Position numbers and translations under genes: made by a program | NCBI GenBank assembly: GCA_964427915.1 | Contig: CAYRWA010000061.1 | Location: 2,978 to 66,977, forward strand | Source: an uncultured Caldisericota bacterium | Lineage (GTDB): Bacteria > Caldisericota > Caldisericia > UBA6126 | Reading direction: 5' to 3' | DNA length: 64,000 nucleotides | Part shown: piece after piece, positions 37,352 through 46,187 of the stretch | Layout: each line of letters opens with the position of its first letter | Numbering within the stretch: the stretch's first letter is position 1 | The notes under the pieces: generated by a model | What the model saw: the letters and a program-made list of their open reading frames with translations, nothing else | Databases searched by the model: none | Told to the model about the DNA's origin: nothing

Positions 37352-38590
37352 ATGATTCGAGATATCTTAAAAAACCAAGTGCAAGAAGTCGCAATTAATG
37401 TTCAACAAAGCAAAATTGAATCCATTCGAAAAAAGGATATTGCAAAAACAGCCATACGGATATATGATCAGGGCTATATTGGTATTGCTTCTGGCATAGG
37501 AAGAGTGCAGGAAGAAACGTTAACAAAAAAAGCACAGGAAGCCATTGATCTACAAATATCCTATCCTGTTCCTCCTGAAAAAGAACATATAGAAACTATT
37601 CAACCTAACCAAACCCTCCTCTCAGAAGAAGATTTTCTGAATGAAATGAGAGAACTATTAGAAGTATTACGACAACAAAACCCTCAGTTTACTTTTTCCA
37701 ATAAGCTTATCAAACAAAGTTCCACTCACTCATTAAACAATGACATCGGACTATCTTTGTTTCAAACAATAGACCACTATAGAATCAGCTTGCTCATCAA
37801 TCATCAAGATTCTTCCAACCTCTTTGACGCTGCCATGGGATACCAAAGCAATGAATACGATCGAACAATGCTGACTGATTATATCCACGAAATTTGTGAC
37901 GCATACAATACGCCCATACATGATTTCCAGGAAGGGGTCTATCCTATTTTATTTGATAGCTCCGATCAAACGTATTTGGGTAAACTTTACCACGACCTAC
38001 ATGGACACATTTTTGCATCCGGTAGTTCTCTGTTCTCAAATCGAATAGGAGAACCATTATTCAATCCTCTCTTTTCATTTTATGCAACGCGATCCCCCAA
38101 ACACTTTGCTTCGCAACCATTCTTCGACCTAGAAGGAGTTTACAAAGAAAACTTCCTGGTTCCTCTTGTCCAAAAAGGCATCATAGAAACTCCCTATACC
38201 GACAAAAAAACAGCTCACAAGTATCATTATCCCACTACTGCATGTGCTGGTGGTTCCTATGACTCTGTTCCCACTATTGGAATTCCCCAAGCATATATCC
38301 CTTCTACAGGAAAAACAACGGGTGAGATTCTCCAGGGTGAAAAAGGGATTGTTATCTCCATTGCCAGTGGGGGAGATTTCACACCTGATGGACATTTTGC
38401 AACGCCCGTACAACTAGCATTTTTATACGATGGGAAACGTCTTATAGGAAGACTCCCTCAGCTTTCCATATCGTCCGATTTATATACAATGTTTGGCAAT
38501 GATTTCATGGGAGTCAGTTCCAATTCATTGTTCCCTCTTGATGATAGTCGTCAAACAATCATGAAAATGAATGTCAAAACAATCGATTAG
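37352..38590 (+). CDS. pmbA: PmbA/TldE-family partner of TldD (no HExxxH)
   Basis: Same fold-family length and C-terminal pattern (GGDFTPDGHFA), lacking the zinc motif. Directly downstream of tldD. Confidence 0.65.
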   Translation: MIRDILKNQVQEVAINVQQSKIESIRKKDIAKTAIRIYDQGYIGIASGIGRVQEETLTKKAQEAIDLQISYPVPPEKEHIETIQPNQTLLSEEDFLNEMRELLEVLRQQNPQFTFSNKLIKQSSTHSLNNDIGLSLFQTIDHYRISLLINHQDSSNLFDAAMGYQSNEYDRTMLTDYIHEICDAYNTPIHDFQEGVYPILFDSSDQTYLGKLYHDLHGHIFASGSSLFSNRIGEPLFNPLFSFYATRSPKHFASQPFFDLEGVYKENFLVPLVQKGIIETPYTDKKTAHKYHYPTTACAGGSYDSVPTIGIPQAYIPSTGKTTGEILQGEKGIVISIASGGDFTPDGHFATPVQLAFLYDGKRLIGRLPQLSISSDLYTMFGNDFMGVSSNSLFPLDDSRQTIMKMNVKTID

Positions 38591-38654
38591 AGTATCCTTT
38601 TTCCCACTTCTTTTTTTTCACTAGTCACAGTATGGTAAATCAAAAAGAATTCTG

Positions 38655-38660
38655 TATGAT
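38655..38660 (+). promoter_or_regulatory. Putative -10 box (TATGAT) 6 nt upstream of the ATG at 38667: leaderless-type promoter
   Basis: ctgTATGATgaatccATG, with no SD. Confidence 0.3.
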
Positions 38661-38666
38661 GAATCC

Positions 38667-39869
38667 ATGAGAATTGACAAGAATAGCGTAGGAAATGCAT
38701 TTTTCAATGCGGGAATTGAAATCGGTTTTTATCTATCGATTCTAACCCTTCTTTTCATTACAAAATTACCTCTTTATTACCAAGGATTAGGAGCACTTGT
38801 TTCTCTCTTTTTTTGGGGAAGCAAATGCATCGTTTATAAAAAGTGGATTTACAAGCATTATCCATGGCATTGGACAGAATTGCTTCTCTGCTGTTGGATA
38901 TGGATAGGCCTATTTTGGTCTGTACATCCTTCCCAAACCATCTTGCAAGGCATCATATTTACATCCGGATGCATCATTGAGGTTTTGGTTGTGTCAGTCT
39001 TCACAAAAAAAAGACAAATTTTACGAATTCTTTTTTTTCTTTTTCTTCTCCTTGCAGTCTACGCTGTCTACTATCTTCATCTTCATTGGGACAAGCTCTC
39101 TGGACTTCTACAGTTCGGTACAGTATGGCGATCTCAATTGGAAGTTACAGGCGTTCAAATTAATTTTGGGACCCCTATTGGGGGAAGAAATTCATTGGGA
39201 GGATTGTATTCTTTACTGGTTCCCTTTACCTTTTCGATTTCTTTTTTTGGGATCCAGTGGAGAAGTTTTAAAGCCAAACCATGGGCTTTTTTTGCTCTAA
39301 AAACCTGGTTTCTTTTTGTTTCTTTTCTCTTTTTTGCCATGGTTGTTTTCTCAGGTTCGCGCGGATCCTCCATTGGAATGATCTTTGGATTAATCTGTTT
39401 AGTACTAGCAAACTTGCAGTGGTATTGGACCTTACTAGCAGGGTATCTTACAGCTATCTTGGTCGCAATCCCATCTTCTCGCAACTGGTTTCTACGTATT
39501 CTTATAGATACCCTATCGGGGGATATGTCTCGAATCCTTATCTGGCAAAATAGTGTGGAGCTCCTAAAACTACTCTGGATTGGTGGAACTGGCCTAGGAA
39601 CATTTCAACATGTATACAAGATGTTTTTTCCTCCCCAAACTCAGAATGCCTTCATACATGCCCACAATATATTTCTGAATGTGGGTATTGAGTTAGGAGT
39701 TGTAGGCGCAATACTGTTTCTCATTTTAGGTCTGCAATTTATATTTTATGGACTTACATTGGGACGAAAAAATCGTTTTTCTCATCCTTTTTTTGCCAGT
39801 ATTCAAATTGGCCTTGCTTCCATGGTGTTTGGCTACCTTGTTCGATGTTTATTTGACTATACGATATAA
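38667..39869 (+). CDS. O-antigen ligase (Wzy_C)-family polytopic membrane protein
   Basis: About 10 TM segments, with GSRGSSIG and AFIHAHNIFLNVGIELGVVG blocks typical of the O-antigen ligase/polymerase family. Confidence 0.65.
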   Translation: MRIDKNSVGNAFFNAGIEIGFYLSILTLLFITKLPLYYQGLGALVSLFFWGSKCIVYKKWIYKHYPWHWTELLLCCWIWIGLFWSVHPSQTILQGIIFTSGCIIEVLVVSVFTKKRQILRILFFLFLLLAVYAVYYLHLHWDKLSGLLQFGTVWRSQLEVTGVQINFGTPIGGRNSLGGLYSLLVPFTFSISFFGIQWRSFKAKPWAFFALKTWFLFVSFLFFAMVVFSGSRGSSIGMIFGLICLVLANLQWYWTLLAGYLTAILVAIPSSRNWFLRILIDTLSGDMSRILIWQNSVELLKLLWIGGTGLGTFQHVYKMFFPPQTQNAFIHAHNIFLNVGIELGVVGAILFLILGLQFIFYGLTLGRKNRFSHPFFASIQIGLASMVFGYLVRCLFDYTI

Positions 39870-39926
39870 TAGTATTGCATGGTTTCACAAAACCAACTGC
39901 GTTCGAAAACATTGTTGGAGGCTTTT

Positions 39927-40646
39927 ATGACCATAAAAGAACAGCTGATTGTCAGTTTAGATTTTCCAGACATCCAACAAGCTCGATCTTTAATGCATCT
40001 CCTCTCCGAAGATGTAGTATTCTACAAAATTGGTCTTCAAATGTATTTGAAATATGGATCCTCCATTGTAGAAGAATGGAAAAAAGCGGGGAAAAAAGTG
40101 TTTCTTGATCTGAAACTTTCCGATATCCCTCATACAGTTTCTAGTGCACTCCTTTCCTTGCAGCCACTCCAAGTGGATATGATAAATATGCACGCTCTCT
40201 CAGGGATGAACTGTATGAAAACTGCCGCTGAAACAATTCATCTTCACATGCCTAACACTCGTTTAATCGCCGTAACTGTTCTTACTTCTTTAGATGAAAA
40301 CGAACTAGCTTCGATTGGAATCACCAATTCTCCTCAATTGCAAGTTGAAAAGCTTTGTAAATTAGCAATGCAAGCTGGTCTATCGGGTGTGGTATCCTCT
40401 GCATGGGAAGCACCTCAAGTAAAAGCAATCTGTGGAAAAACATTTATTACAGTTTGCCCAGGCATTCGACGTAGCAGTGATCAAACAAACGATCAAATCC
40501 GTATAATGACACCCCAAAAAGCAATTCTTAATGGGGCTGATTATCTTGTTGTTGGAAGGCCAATCCTTCAATCCAATGATCCAAAACAAGCCGCCATCTC
40601 CATCCTTAAGGATATTGAGATAGCGCATAATAGAGGTAATTCATGA
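39927..40646 (+). CDS. pyrF: Orotidine 5'-phosphate decarboxylase
   Basis: LIVSLDFPD, the catalytic FLDLKLSDIP block, and YLVVGRPI. GGAGG before the ATG at 39927. Confidence 0.9.
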   Translation: MTIKEQLIVSLDFPDIQQARSLMHLLSEDVVFYKIGLQMYLKYGSSIVEEWKKAGKKVFLDLKLSDIPHTVSSALLSLQPLQVDMINMHALSGMNCMKTAAETIHLHMPNTRLIAVTVLTSLDENELASIGITNSPQLQVEKLCKLAMQAGLSGVVSSAWEAPQVKAICGKTFITVCPGIRRSSDQTNDQIRIMTPQKAILNGADYLVVGRPILQSNDPKQAAISILKDIEIAHNRGNS

Positions 40647-41221
40647 GACAAGATGAAGTTGTCAAACTCTTTGAAAAAATTGGCGTAATGAAAAAAGGGC
40701 ATTTTCGCTTATCTTCAGGGCTTCATTCCGATACATACTTGCAATGTGCATCATTACAACAATATCCTCAGCACAATGCTGCCATTTGTAACATCCTTGT
40801 AGAGAAGATCAAATCTTTTCAGCCCTCACTCGTTGTTGGTGCAGCAGTCGGTGGGATTATTTCCTGTTATGAACTCGCACGGCAGTTAAATACGCGATGT
40901 ATTTTTGCAGAACGTGACCAGGGAAAACTTACGTTTCGGCGTTCTTTTCATATAGAGTCAACCGATCGTGTTGTGGTTGTCGAAGACGTCATTACAACGG
41001 GGAAAACAACCAAAGAACTTCTCTCCTTAATCAAAGACTTTGATGTATCCCCACTTGCCCTTTGCAGCATCGTTGATAGAACTATGGGAAACATTGATTT
41101 TTCCCACCCACTATTCTCTGTTTTAAAAGTTGAGGCTCATACATGGGAGCCCGATACTTGTCCGATGTGTGAAGCAGGCATTGAACTCACGCAGCCCGGT
41201 TCCAGACATCTTCATAAATAG
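40643..41221 (+). CDS. pyrE: Orotate phosphoribosyltransferase
   Basis: GHFRLSSGLHSDTYLQC, and the PRPP loop VVVVEDVITTGKT. Confidence 0.85.
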   Translation: MRQDEVVKLFEKIGVMKKGHFRLSSGLHSDTYLQCASLQQYPQHNAAICNILVEKIKSFQPSLVVGAAVGGIISCYELARQLNTRCIFAERDQGKLTFRRSFHIESTDRVVVVEDVITTGKTTKELLSLIKDFDVSPLALCSIVDRTMGNIDFSHPLFSVLKVEAHTWEPDTCPMCEAGIELTQPGSRHLHK

Positions 41222-41226
41222 ATTTC

Positions 41227-41928
41227 ATGAATATCCAAAAGGTCACTCTTCAAGTTTCTCTCCTCAACCCTCCTTCCTCCCCATTGAAAATCATTGCTGA
41301 CAGTGCTCGCATTACAAGAGGTATTGAGGAAAGCCATTACACAGACCAAGATTATTTTCATCTTTTATACAAACTAGGTCATCATAGTGTTATGGAGCAT
41401 ATATGCTTTTCGTTTCGTATAGAGGGTATATCACGAGCTTGCTCTCACCAACTTGTTCGATTTCGCATTGGGGTTAGTTTTACACAAAGGAGTCAACGAT
41501 ACACCAATGAGTCCAATTTGCAAATCATTGTACCTCCTAGTATTGAGAAAAATCCTGCAAATTATGCAGCCTATACAGAGTCAATAGAGCATTTACAAGC
41601 ATTGTATTGTGATCTAGTAACAACGGGAATACCCAAGGAAGATGCTCGTTTTCTACTTCCGAATGCAGCTGCAACATCTCTTATTATGACAATGAATTTC
41701 CGGGAATTAATGCACGCTTGTCATTTACGATTGTGTTCAAAAGCCCAATGGGAAATTCAACGACTGTTTCATGCTGTTAAACAAGAAATGTATCAGTACT
41801 CTCCATTTTTAGCACATTATTTGCAACCAAAATGTGTGTTTCAGGGCCATTGTACAGAAGTTAAACCATGCAAAAATGAAGAACAAATAAAGGAAGAGTG
41901 GAATCGATTACAAAATGAAACTCCATAG
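41227..41928 (+). CDS. thyX: FAD-dependent thymidylate synthase ThyX (variant signature RFR)
   Basis: HHSVMEH, QLVRFRIGVSFTQRSQRY (ThyX motif region) and NFRELMHACHLRLCSKAQWEIQ. Length 233 aa. Confidence 0.85.
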   Translation: MNIQKVTLQVSLLNPPSSPLKIIADSARITRGIEESHYTDQDYFHLLYKLGHHSVMEHICFSFRIEGISRACSHQLVRFRIGVSFTQRSQRYTNESNLQIIVPPSIEKNPANYAAYTESIEHLQALYCDLVTTGIPKEDARFLLPNAAATSLIMTMNFRELMHACHLRLCSKAQWEIQRLFHAVKQEMYQYSPFLAHYLQPKCVFQGHCTEVKPCKNEEQIKEEWNRLQNETP

Positions 41929-41986
41929 TTTTTTGAAATTGTTAATAATTTGTCATGATTTTCTATGAAAATGAGATCAAAATTTG

Positions 41987-41992
41987 TATACT
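41987..41992 (+). promoter_or_regulatory. Putative -10 box (TATACT) 7 nt upstream of the ATG at 42000: leaderless-type promoter of the hydrogenase operon
   Basis: ttgTATACTgtagccgATG, with no SD. Confidence 0.35.
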
Positions 41993-41999
41993 GTAGCCG

Positions 42000-42362
42000 A
42001 TGAGAATTAACGAAATATGCAAAACTGTTGATGCGGAAATCCTACAAAATAAGGGCCGCTTAAATATTGATATACATACTGCTTTTGCAGCAGATCTCAT
42101 GAGCGATACTTTATTTATTATCATGAGAGAAGAAGACCCTTTGCTACTTATTACAGGGGTTACTAATCTTTCTGTTGTGAGAACAGCTTCAATACTCGAT
42201 ATTCCTGCTGTGTTAATTGTTCGAGGAAAACATGTGCCTCCCGAAACAATACAACTTGCAGAACAAAATGAGATTTTGCTTCTTCGATCGAAGCACATTA
42301 TGTTTGTTTCATGTGGTTTGCTTTATCAAGCTGGCATTCAAGGTGTATCATGGGAAATGTAA
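42000..42362 (+). CDS. DRTGG-domain protein (hydrogenase-cluster associated)
   Basis: 120 aa. ADLMSDTL, LLITGVTN and VLIVRGKHVPPETIQLAEQNEILLL follow the DRTGG-domain pattern. Confidence 0.6.
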   Translation: MRINEICKTVDAEILQNKGRLNIDIHTAFAADLMSDTLFIIMREEDPLLLITGVTNLSVVRTASILDIPAVLIVRGKHVPPETIQLAEQNEILLLRSKHIMFVSCGLLYQAGIQGVSWEM

Positions 42363-42802
42363 GTGTTTCTGAATTGCGCTATACAGTTGGTCCTAGCTCT
42401 TACGATAGTGTAGGTAGCAAAGCCATGCAAGTAAAGAAGTTCCTGCAAGATTATTTTCCCAGTCAAGATTATCTTCGAAGACTCGGGGTTTGTGTTTTTG
42501 AAGCAGAAGCCAACTTAGCTATTCATACCACTTCTGGTGGCGATTTGCTAATCGTTATCTATAACAATCGAGTAAAAGTTGTTGCGCAAGATACTGGACC
42601 CGGCATACCCGACATTGACAAAGCTTTAACCCCGGGTTTTACCACCGCTCCTGAGATGGCGAGACAATTAGGATTTGGTGGTGGTGTAGGGCTAAACAAT
42701 ATTCAGCGTTTTGCTGATAGTTTTTGGCTCGAAAGTTTAAAACGTGGTACTACTTTAGTATTTGAGGTATGGAATGATGACTCTACGCAATTTGATTACT
42801 AA
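42350..42802 (+). CDS. RsbW/SpoIIAB-like anti-sigma-type Ser/Thr kinase (HATPase_c)
   Basis: N-box EAEANLAIHT. G1 QDTGPGIPD. G2 GFGGGVGLNNI. About 150 aa. Overlaps the upstream gene by 13 nt. Confidence 0.65.
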   Translation: MGNVSVSELRYTVGPSSYDSVGSKAMQVKKFLQDYFPSQDYLRRLGVCVFEAEANLAIHTTSGGDLLIVIYNNRVKVVAQDTGPGIPDIDKALTPGFTTAPEMARQLGFGGGVGLNNIQRFADSFWLESLKRGTTLVFEVWNDDSTQFDY

Positions 42803-43115
42803 GCTTCCCTTTGAGGTTCTTACAAAAAACTGTAATTTTGATATCACCTTCCAGCATGTATATGCCTCTGATCTATTAAGCAATGCACTAGCATCTGTCA
42901 ACCCTGATACAGCCTGGATTACGGTACAGGTTCATCAAAACATTTTGGGCATTGCTTCTATTAAACAATGTCCTATCATCATTTTCTCTGAAGGAGCCAC
43001 GCCTGATCCGTCAGTCATATCTCTTGCAGAAGAAAAAGGCATTTTTTTAGCAACTAGCTCGTATCCAACATTTGAATTGTCCGGTTTGTTATATTGTCTA
43101 CTTAAGGAGGAATAG
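42774..43115 (+). CDS. DRTGG-domain protein, second copy
   Basis: ASDLLSNAL and IIIFSEGATPDPSVISLAEEKGIFLATS are collinear with the first DRTGG gene. Confidence 0.55.
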   Translation: MMTLRNLITKLPFEVLTKNCNFDITFQHVYASDLLSNALASVNPDTAWITVQVHQNILGIASIKQCPIIIFSEGATPDPSVISLAEEKGIFLATSSYPTFELSGLLYCLLKEE

Positions 43116-43116
43116 T

Positions 43117-43599
43117 GTGGAAAGCCAAATCCAACAAACACTTCATTTTCCGCAGATTGATCGTGTTATTAGTCAAGAAGGTAATTCTCCAGATTCTCTT
43201 ATTCAGATATTACATGGAACTCAAGAAATCTTGGGGTATCTCCCCGAAGAAGCACAACTTTACATTGCAAAACAATTGAACATCCCCCCCACTAGAGTGT
43301 ATGGTATTGTATCATTTTACAATTTTTTCACGATGGAAAAATCTGCAAAACACGTGATATCTGTTTGTATGGGAACTGCCTGTTATGTTAAAGGAGCTGG
43401 TTTGCTCATGAAAAAACTAGAAGAACTCCTGGGCATAAAAGCAGGTGAAGCTACCAAGGATGGAGCTTTTTCTTATCGTGAAGTTCGTTGTCTTGGTGCA
43501 TGCGGTATGGCTCCTTTAATTAGTGTCGATGGTGATATCTATGGAAGAATTCAACCTGATACTTTACAAGAAATCATAGAAAAGTACTCCGATCAATGA
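43117..43599 (+). CDS. NuoE/HydC-like [2Fe-2S] subunit, copy 1
   Basis: GTG at 43117 after AAGGAGG (43104-43110). Cluster motif CMGTAC..CLGACGMAP (C-x4-C..C-x3-C). Confidence 0.85.
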   Translation: MESQIQQTLHFPQIDRVISQEGNSPDSLIQILHGTQEILGYLPEEAQLYIAKQLNIPPTRVYGIVSFYNFFTMEKSAKHVISVCMGTACYVKGAGLLMKKLEELLGIKAGEATKDGAFSYREVRCLGACGMAPLISVDGDIYGRIQPDTLQEIIEKYSDQ

Positions 43600-44159
43600 A
43601 AGAGCTTTCACTCAATATCCTCGATATATTAGAAAATTCGATTCATGCTGGTGCCACCGACATCACCTTATCGATTGAAGAAGATACCAAGGAAAAGGAT
43701 CGACTTTTTTTTTCCATCCAAGACAATGGGAAAGGAATGGATGCAAATTTTTTAAAAACAGTATTTGATCCTTTTACCACTACAAGTACAACAAAAAAAG
43801 TTGGTCTTGGACTACCCCTCCTCAAGGCAGAAGCCGAAATGGCAGGAGGTGGAGCGAGTATAAAGAGTGAGGTTGGGAAAGGAACGTTTGTTTCTTTCTG
43901 GTTTCAACACTCTCATTGGGACCGTCCTCCCATGGGTGATATTGCTGGGACGGTTTTACTACTGTTTATGGTTCATTCCACGGTTGATTTATCGTATTCA
44001 CACCGTGTCAATGAATATTCATTCTCGGTTTCTACTAAACAGCTTAAAGAGGTGTTTGACGATGTACCACTTCATCATCCTACTGCTGTAAAAGGAATCC
44101 AAGAATATTTGACCACTTCTATTCAAAAATTACATGGAGGTAAGAATGGCCAAGATTAG
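43596..44159 (+). CDS. Histidine-kinase-like ATPase (HATPase_c only) embedded in the hydrogenase operon
   Basis: N-box LDILENSIHAGAT. G1 DNGKGMD. G2 GLGLPLLK. No DHp/His-phosphotransfer region seen. ATGA overlap with nuoE-like 1. Confidence 0.6.
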   Translation: MKELSLNILDILENSIHAGATDITLSIEEDTKEKDRLFFSIQDNGKGMDANFLKTVFDPFTTTSTTKKVGLGLPLLKAEAEMAGGGASIKSEVGKGTFVSFWFQHSHWDRPPMGDIAGTVLLLFMVHSTVDLSYSHRVNEYSFSVSTKQLKEVFDDVPLHHPTAVKGIQEYLTTSIQKLHGGKNGQD

Positions 44160-44520
44160 TTCTTTAGAAGAGCTTCGAAAGATTCGAAACGATGCCAAAG
44201 AATCGATGAAAACTCGAAGCGGAAATGCAAAAGTACGTGTTTTTGCAAGCATGGGTACTGTAGGTATTGCAGGAGGAGCTAGAGAAGCTCTAAAAGCAAT
44301 GATTGATGAATTAGAAAAACGTAACTTTCATGATGTTGAAATCGTCGAGGGTGGTTCTATGGGTCTTGATAAAGAAGAACCCATTATTCGAATCGAACGA
44401 GATGGTTTTGAAACTACATACGGAAAAGTTACCCCAGACATGGCTCGTCAAATTGTTGCACAGCACATTATTAATGGACAAATGATCAGTGAATGGGTAA
44501 TAGCAAGGAACGAAAAATAA
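44146..44520 (+). CDS. HndB/HydD-like thioredoxin-fold ferredoxin homolog lacking all cysteines
   Basis: Collinear with the N-terminal [2Fe-2S] module of the next gene, but the ligand positions read S, G, S, D (ASMGTVGIAGGA; GGSMGLDKEEP). There is no Cys anywhere in the 124 aa. GGAGG RBS. Confidence 0.6.
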   Translation: MAKISSLEELRKIRNDAKESMKTRSGNAKVRVFASMGTVGIAGGAREALKAMIDELEKRNFHDVEIVEGGSMGLDKEEPIIRIERDGFETTYGKVTPDMARQIVAQHIINGQMISEWVIARNEK

Positions 44521-46187
44521 TGAAAATTTATCGGATTCATGCTCTTATTTGCGCCGGCGGACAATGTATTTCAGCCGGAGGCAATGATTTTGAAGAAGCT
44601 CTACGAGTAGAAATCCAAAAGCATGGGCTCGAAGAAGAAGTGCAAATTGTAGAAACGGGTTGTATGGGTGCCTGCGAAATGGGTCCGATGATGGTAGTCT
44701 ACCCAGAGGGTACACTATACATTCATCTCCAACCTGAAAATGCGAAAGAAATTGTTGAAGAACACTTTTTAAAGGGTAGAAAAGTACATCGCTTCATGTG
44801 GCAAAAAGAAGATGGTCATTTTCCCACACTGAACGAGGTTCCCTTTTTTGCACTACAAACAAAAATTGTACTTCGAAACTGTGGCCTCATCAATCCTGAG
44901 AATATTGATGAATATCTCGCATACGATGGTTACACAGGGCTTGGCAAAGCATTGGGAGAAATGACTCCCGAAGAAGTCGTAAAAGAAATCGAAGATTCGG
45001 GCCTACGGGGGCGTGGTGGTGCTGGTTTCCCAACCGGTTTAAAGTGGAAATTAACCGCACAAGCCCAAGGAGACCAAAAGTATGTCGTTTGTAATGCTGA
45101 TGAAGGAGATCCTGGCGCTTACATGGATCGTTCCGTCTTAGAAGGCGACCCACATACACTTATAGAAGGTATGGCAATCGCAGGATATGCTGTTGGAGCA
45201 AATCAAGGATTCATCTATTGTCGAGCTGAATACCCTCTAGCCATTAAACGATTGCAAAAGGCTATCAAGCAAGCAAAAATTGCTGGTCTTTTAGGGAAAA
45301 ACATTCTAGGTACCGATTTCTCTTTCCAATTGTCAATACGTATTGGAGCGGGTGCCTTTGTTTGTGGAGAAGAAACTGCTCTTCTCAACTCCATTGAAGG
45401 AAAGCGTGGAGAACCTAGAAAAAAACCACCATATCCTGCCACTAGTGGTCTTTTTGGATTACCCACCCTAATAAACAACGTGGAAACTTTTGCAAACATT
45501 CCCGTGATTGTATCCAAAGGTTCTTCGTTCTTCAATGCAATAGGGAAAGAGGGATGTCGAGGTACGAAAGTGTTTTCTCTTGCAGGACATGTAAACACCA
45601 CTGGTTTAATTGAAGTACCCTTGGGTATCTCTATGAAAGAAATAATTTATGACATTGGTGGTGGAATTCCTGGAGGAAAAGTCTTTAAAGGAGCTTTAAT
45701 AGGTGGTCCCTCAGGAGGAGTTATTCCTTCTTCTCAGTTGGACGTCCCTATTGACTACGAGCATCTCAATACACTCGGTGCTATCATGGGTTCTGGTGGT
45801 CTTATTGTCATGGATGAATCGAGTTGTATGGTCGATATCGCTAAGTTTTTCTTAAAGTTTACAGTTGATGAATCTTGCGGTAAATGTACTCCTTGCCGAG
45901 AAGGTACAAGACAAATGTACGAAATACTTGATCGTATTTCACAAGGAGAAGGGATCCCTGGAGATATCGAAAAATTAGAGAGTCTTGGAAAAGTTATTCA
46001 AGATACCTCTCTTTGTGGTTTAGGACAAAGCGCTCCTAATCCAGTTTTGTCAAGTATTCGTTGGTTTCGAGACGAATACCTAGCTCACATCGAAAAGAAA
46101 GTATGCCCCGCAGGGGTTTGTACAATGAAAAAAACAAAAACAACCAAGGAGGAACCACGTCGTGGAAGAAAAAAAGCATCTACTTGA
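44520..46187 (+). CDS. NuoF/HydB-like flavoprotein subunit, copy 1 (N-terminal [2Fe-2S] module intact)
   Basis: N-terminal CAGGQC..CMGAC. FMN/NADH blocks GRGGAGFPTGLKW and CNADEGDPGAYMDR. N3 cluster ESCGKCTPCREG..SLCGLGQ. Ends soon after CPAGVC. Confidence 0.9.
   Translation: MKIYRIHALICAGGQCISAGGNDFEEALRVEIQKHGLEEEVQIVETGCMGACEMGPMMVVYPEGTLYIHLQPENAKEIVEEHFLKGRKVHRFMWQKEDGHFPTLNEVPFFALQTKIVLRNCGLINPENIDEYLAYDGYTGLGKALGEMTPEEVVKEIEDSGLRGRGGAGFPTGLKWKLTAQAQGDQKYVVCNADEGDPGAYMDRSVLEGDPHTLIEGMAIAGYAVGANQGFIYCRAEYPLAIKRLQKAIKQAKIAGLLGKNILGTDFSFQLSIRIGAGAFVCGEETALLNSIEGKRGEPRKKPPYPATSGLFGLPTLINNVETFANIPVIVSKGSSFFNAIGKEGCRGTKVFSLAGHVNTTGLIEVPLGISMKEIIYDIGGGIPGGKVFKGALIGGPSGGVIPSSQLDVPIDYEHLNTLGAIMGSGGLIVMDESSCMVDIAKFFLKFTVDESCGKCTPCREGTRQMYEILDRISQGEGIPGDIEKLESLGKVIQDTSLCGLGQSAPNPVLSSIRWFRDEYLAHIEKKVCPAGVCTMKKTKTTKEEPRRGRKKAST

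Noticed and set aside
38977-39553. Three overlapping alternative-frame ORFs (38977-39300 +, 39155-39484 -, 39281-39553 +).
   Set aside because: They sit inside the O-antigen-ligase-like membrane-protein gene, whose frame gives coherent TM helices and family motifs. The alternative frames are artefacts of T-rich codons.
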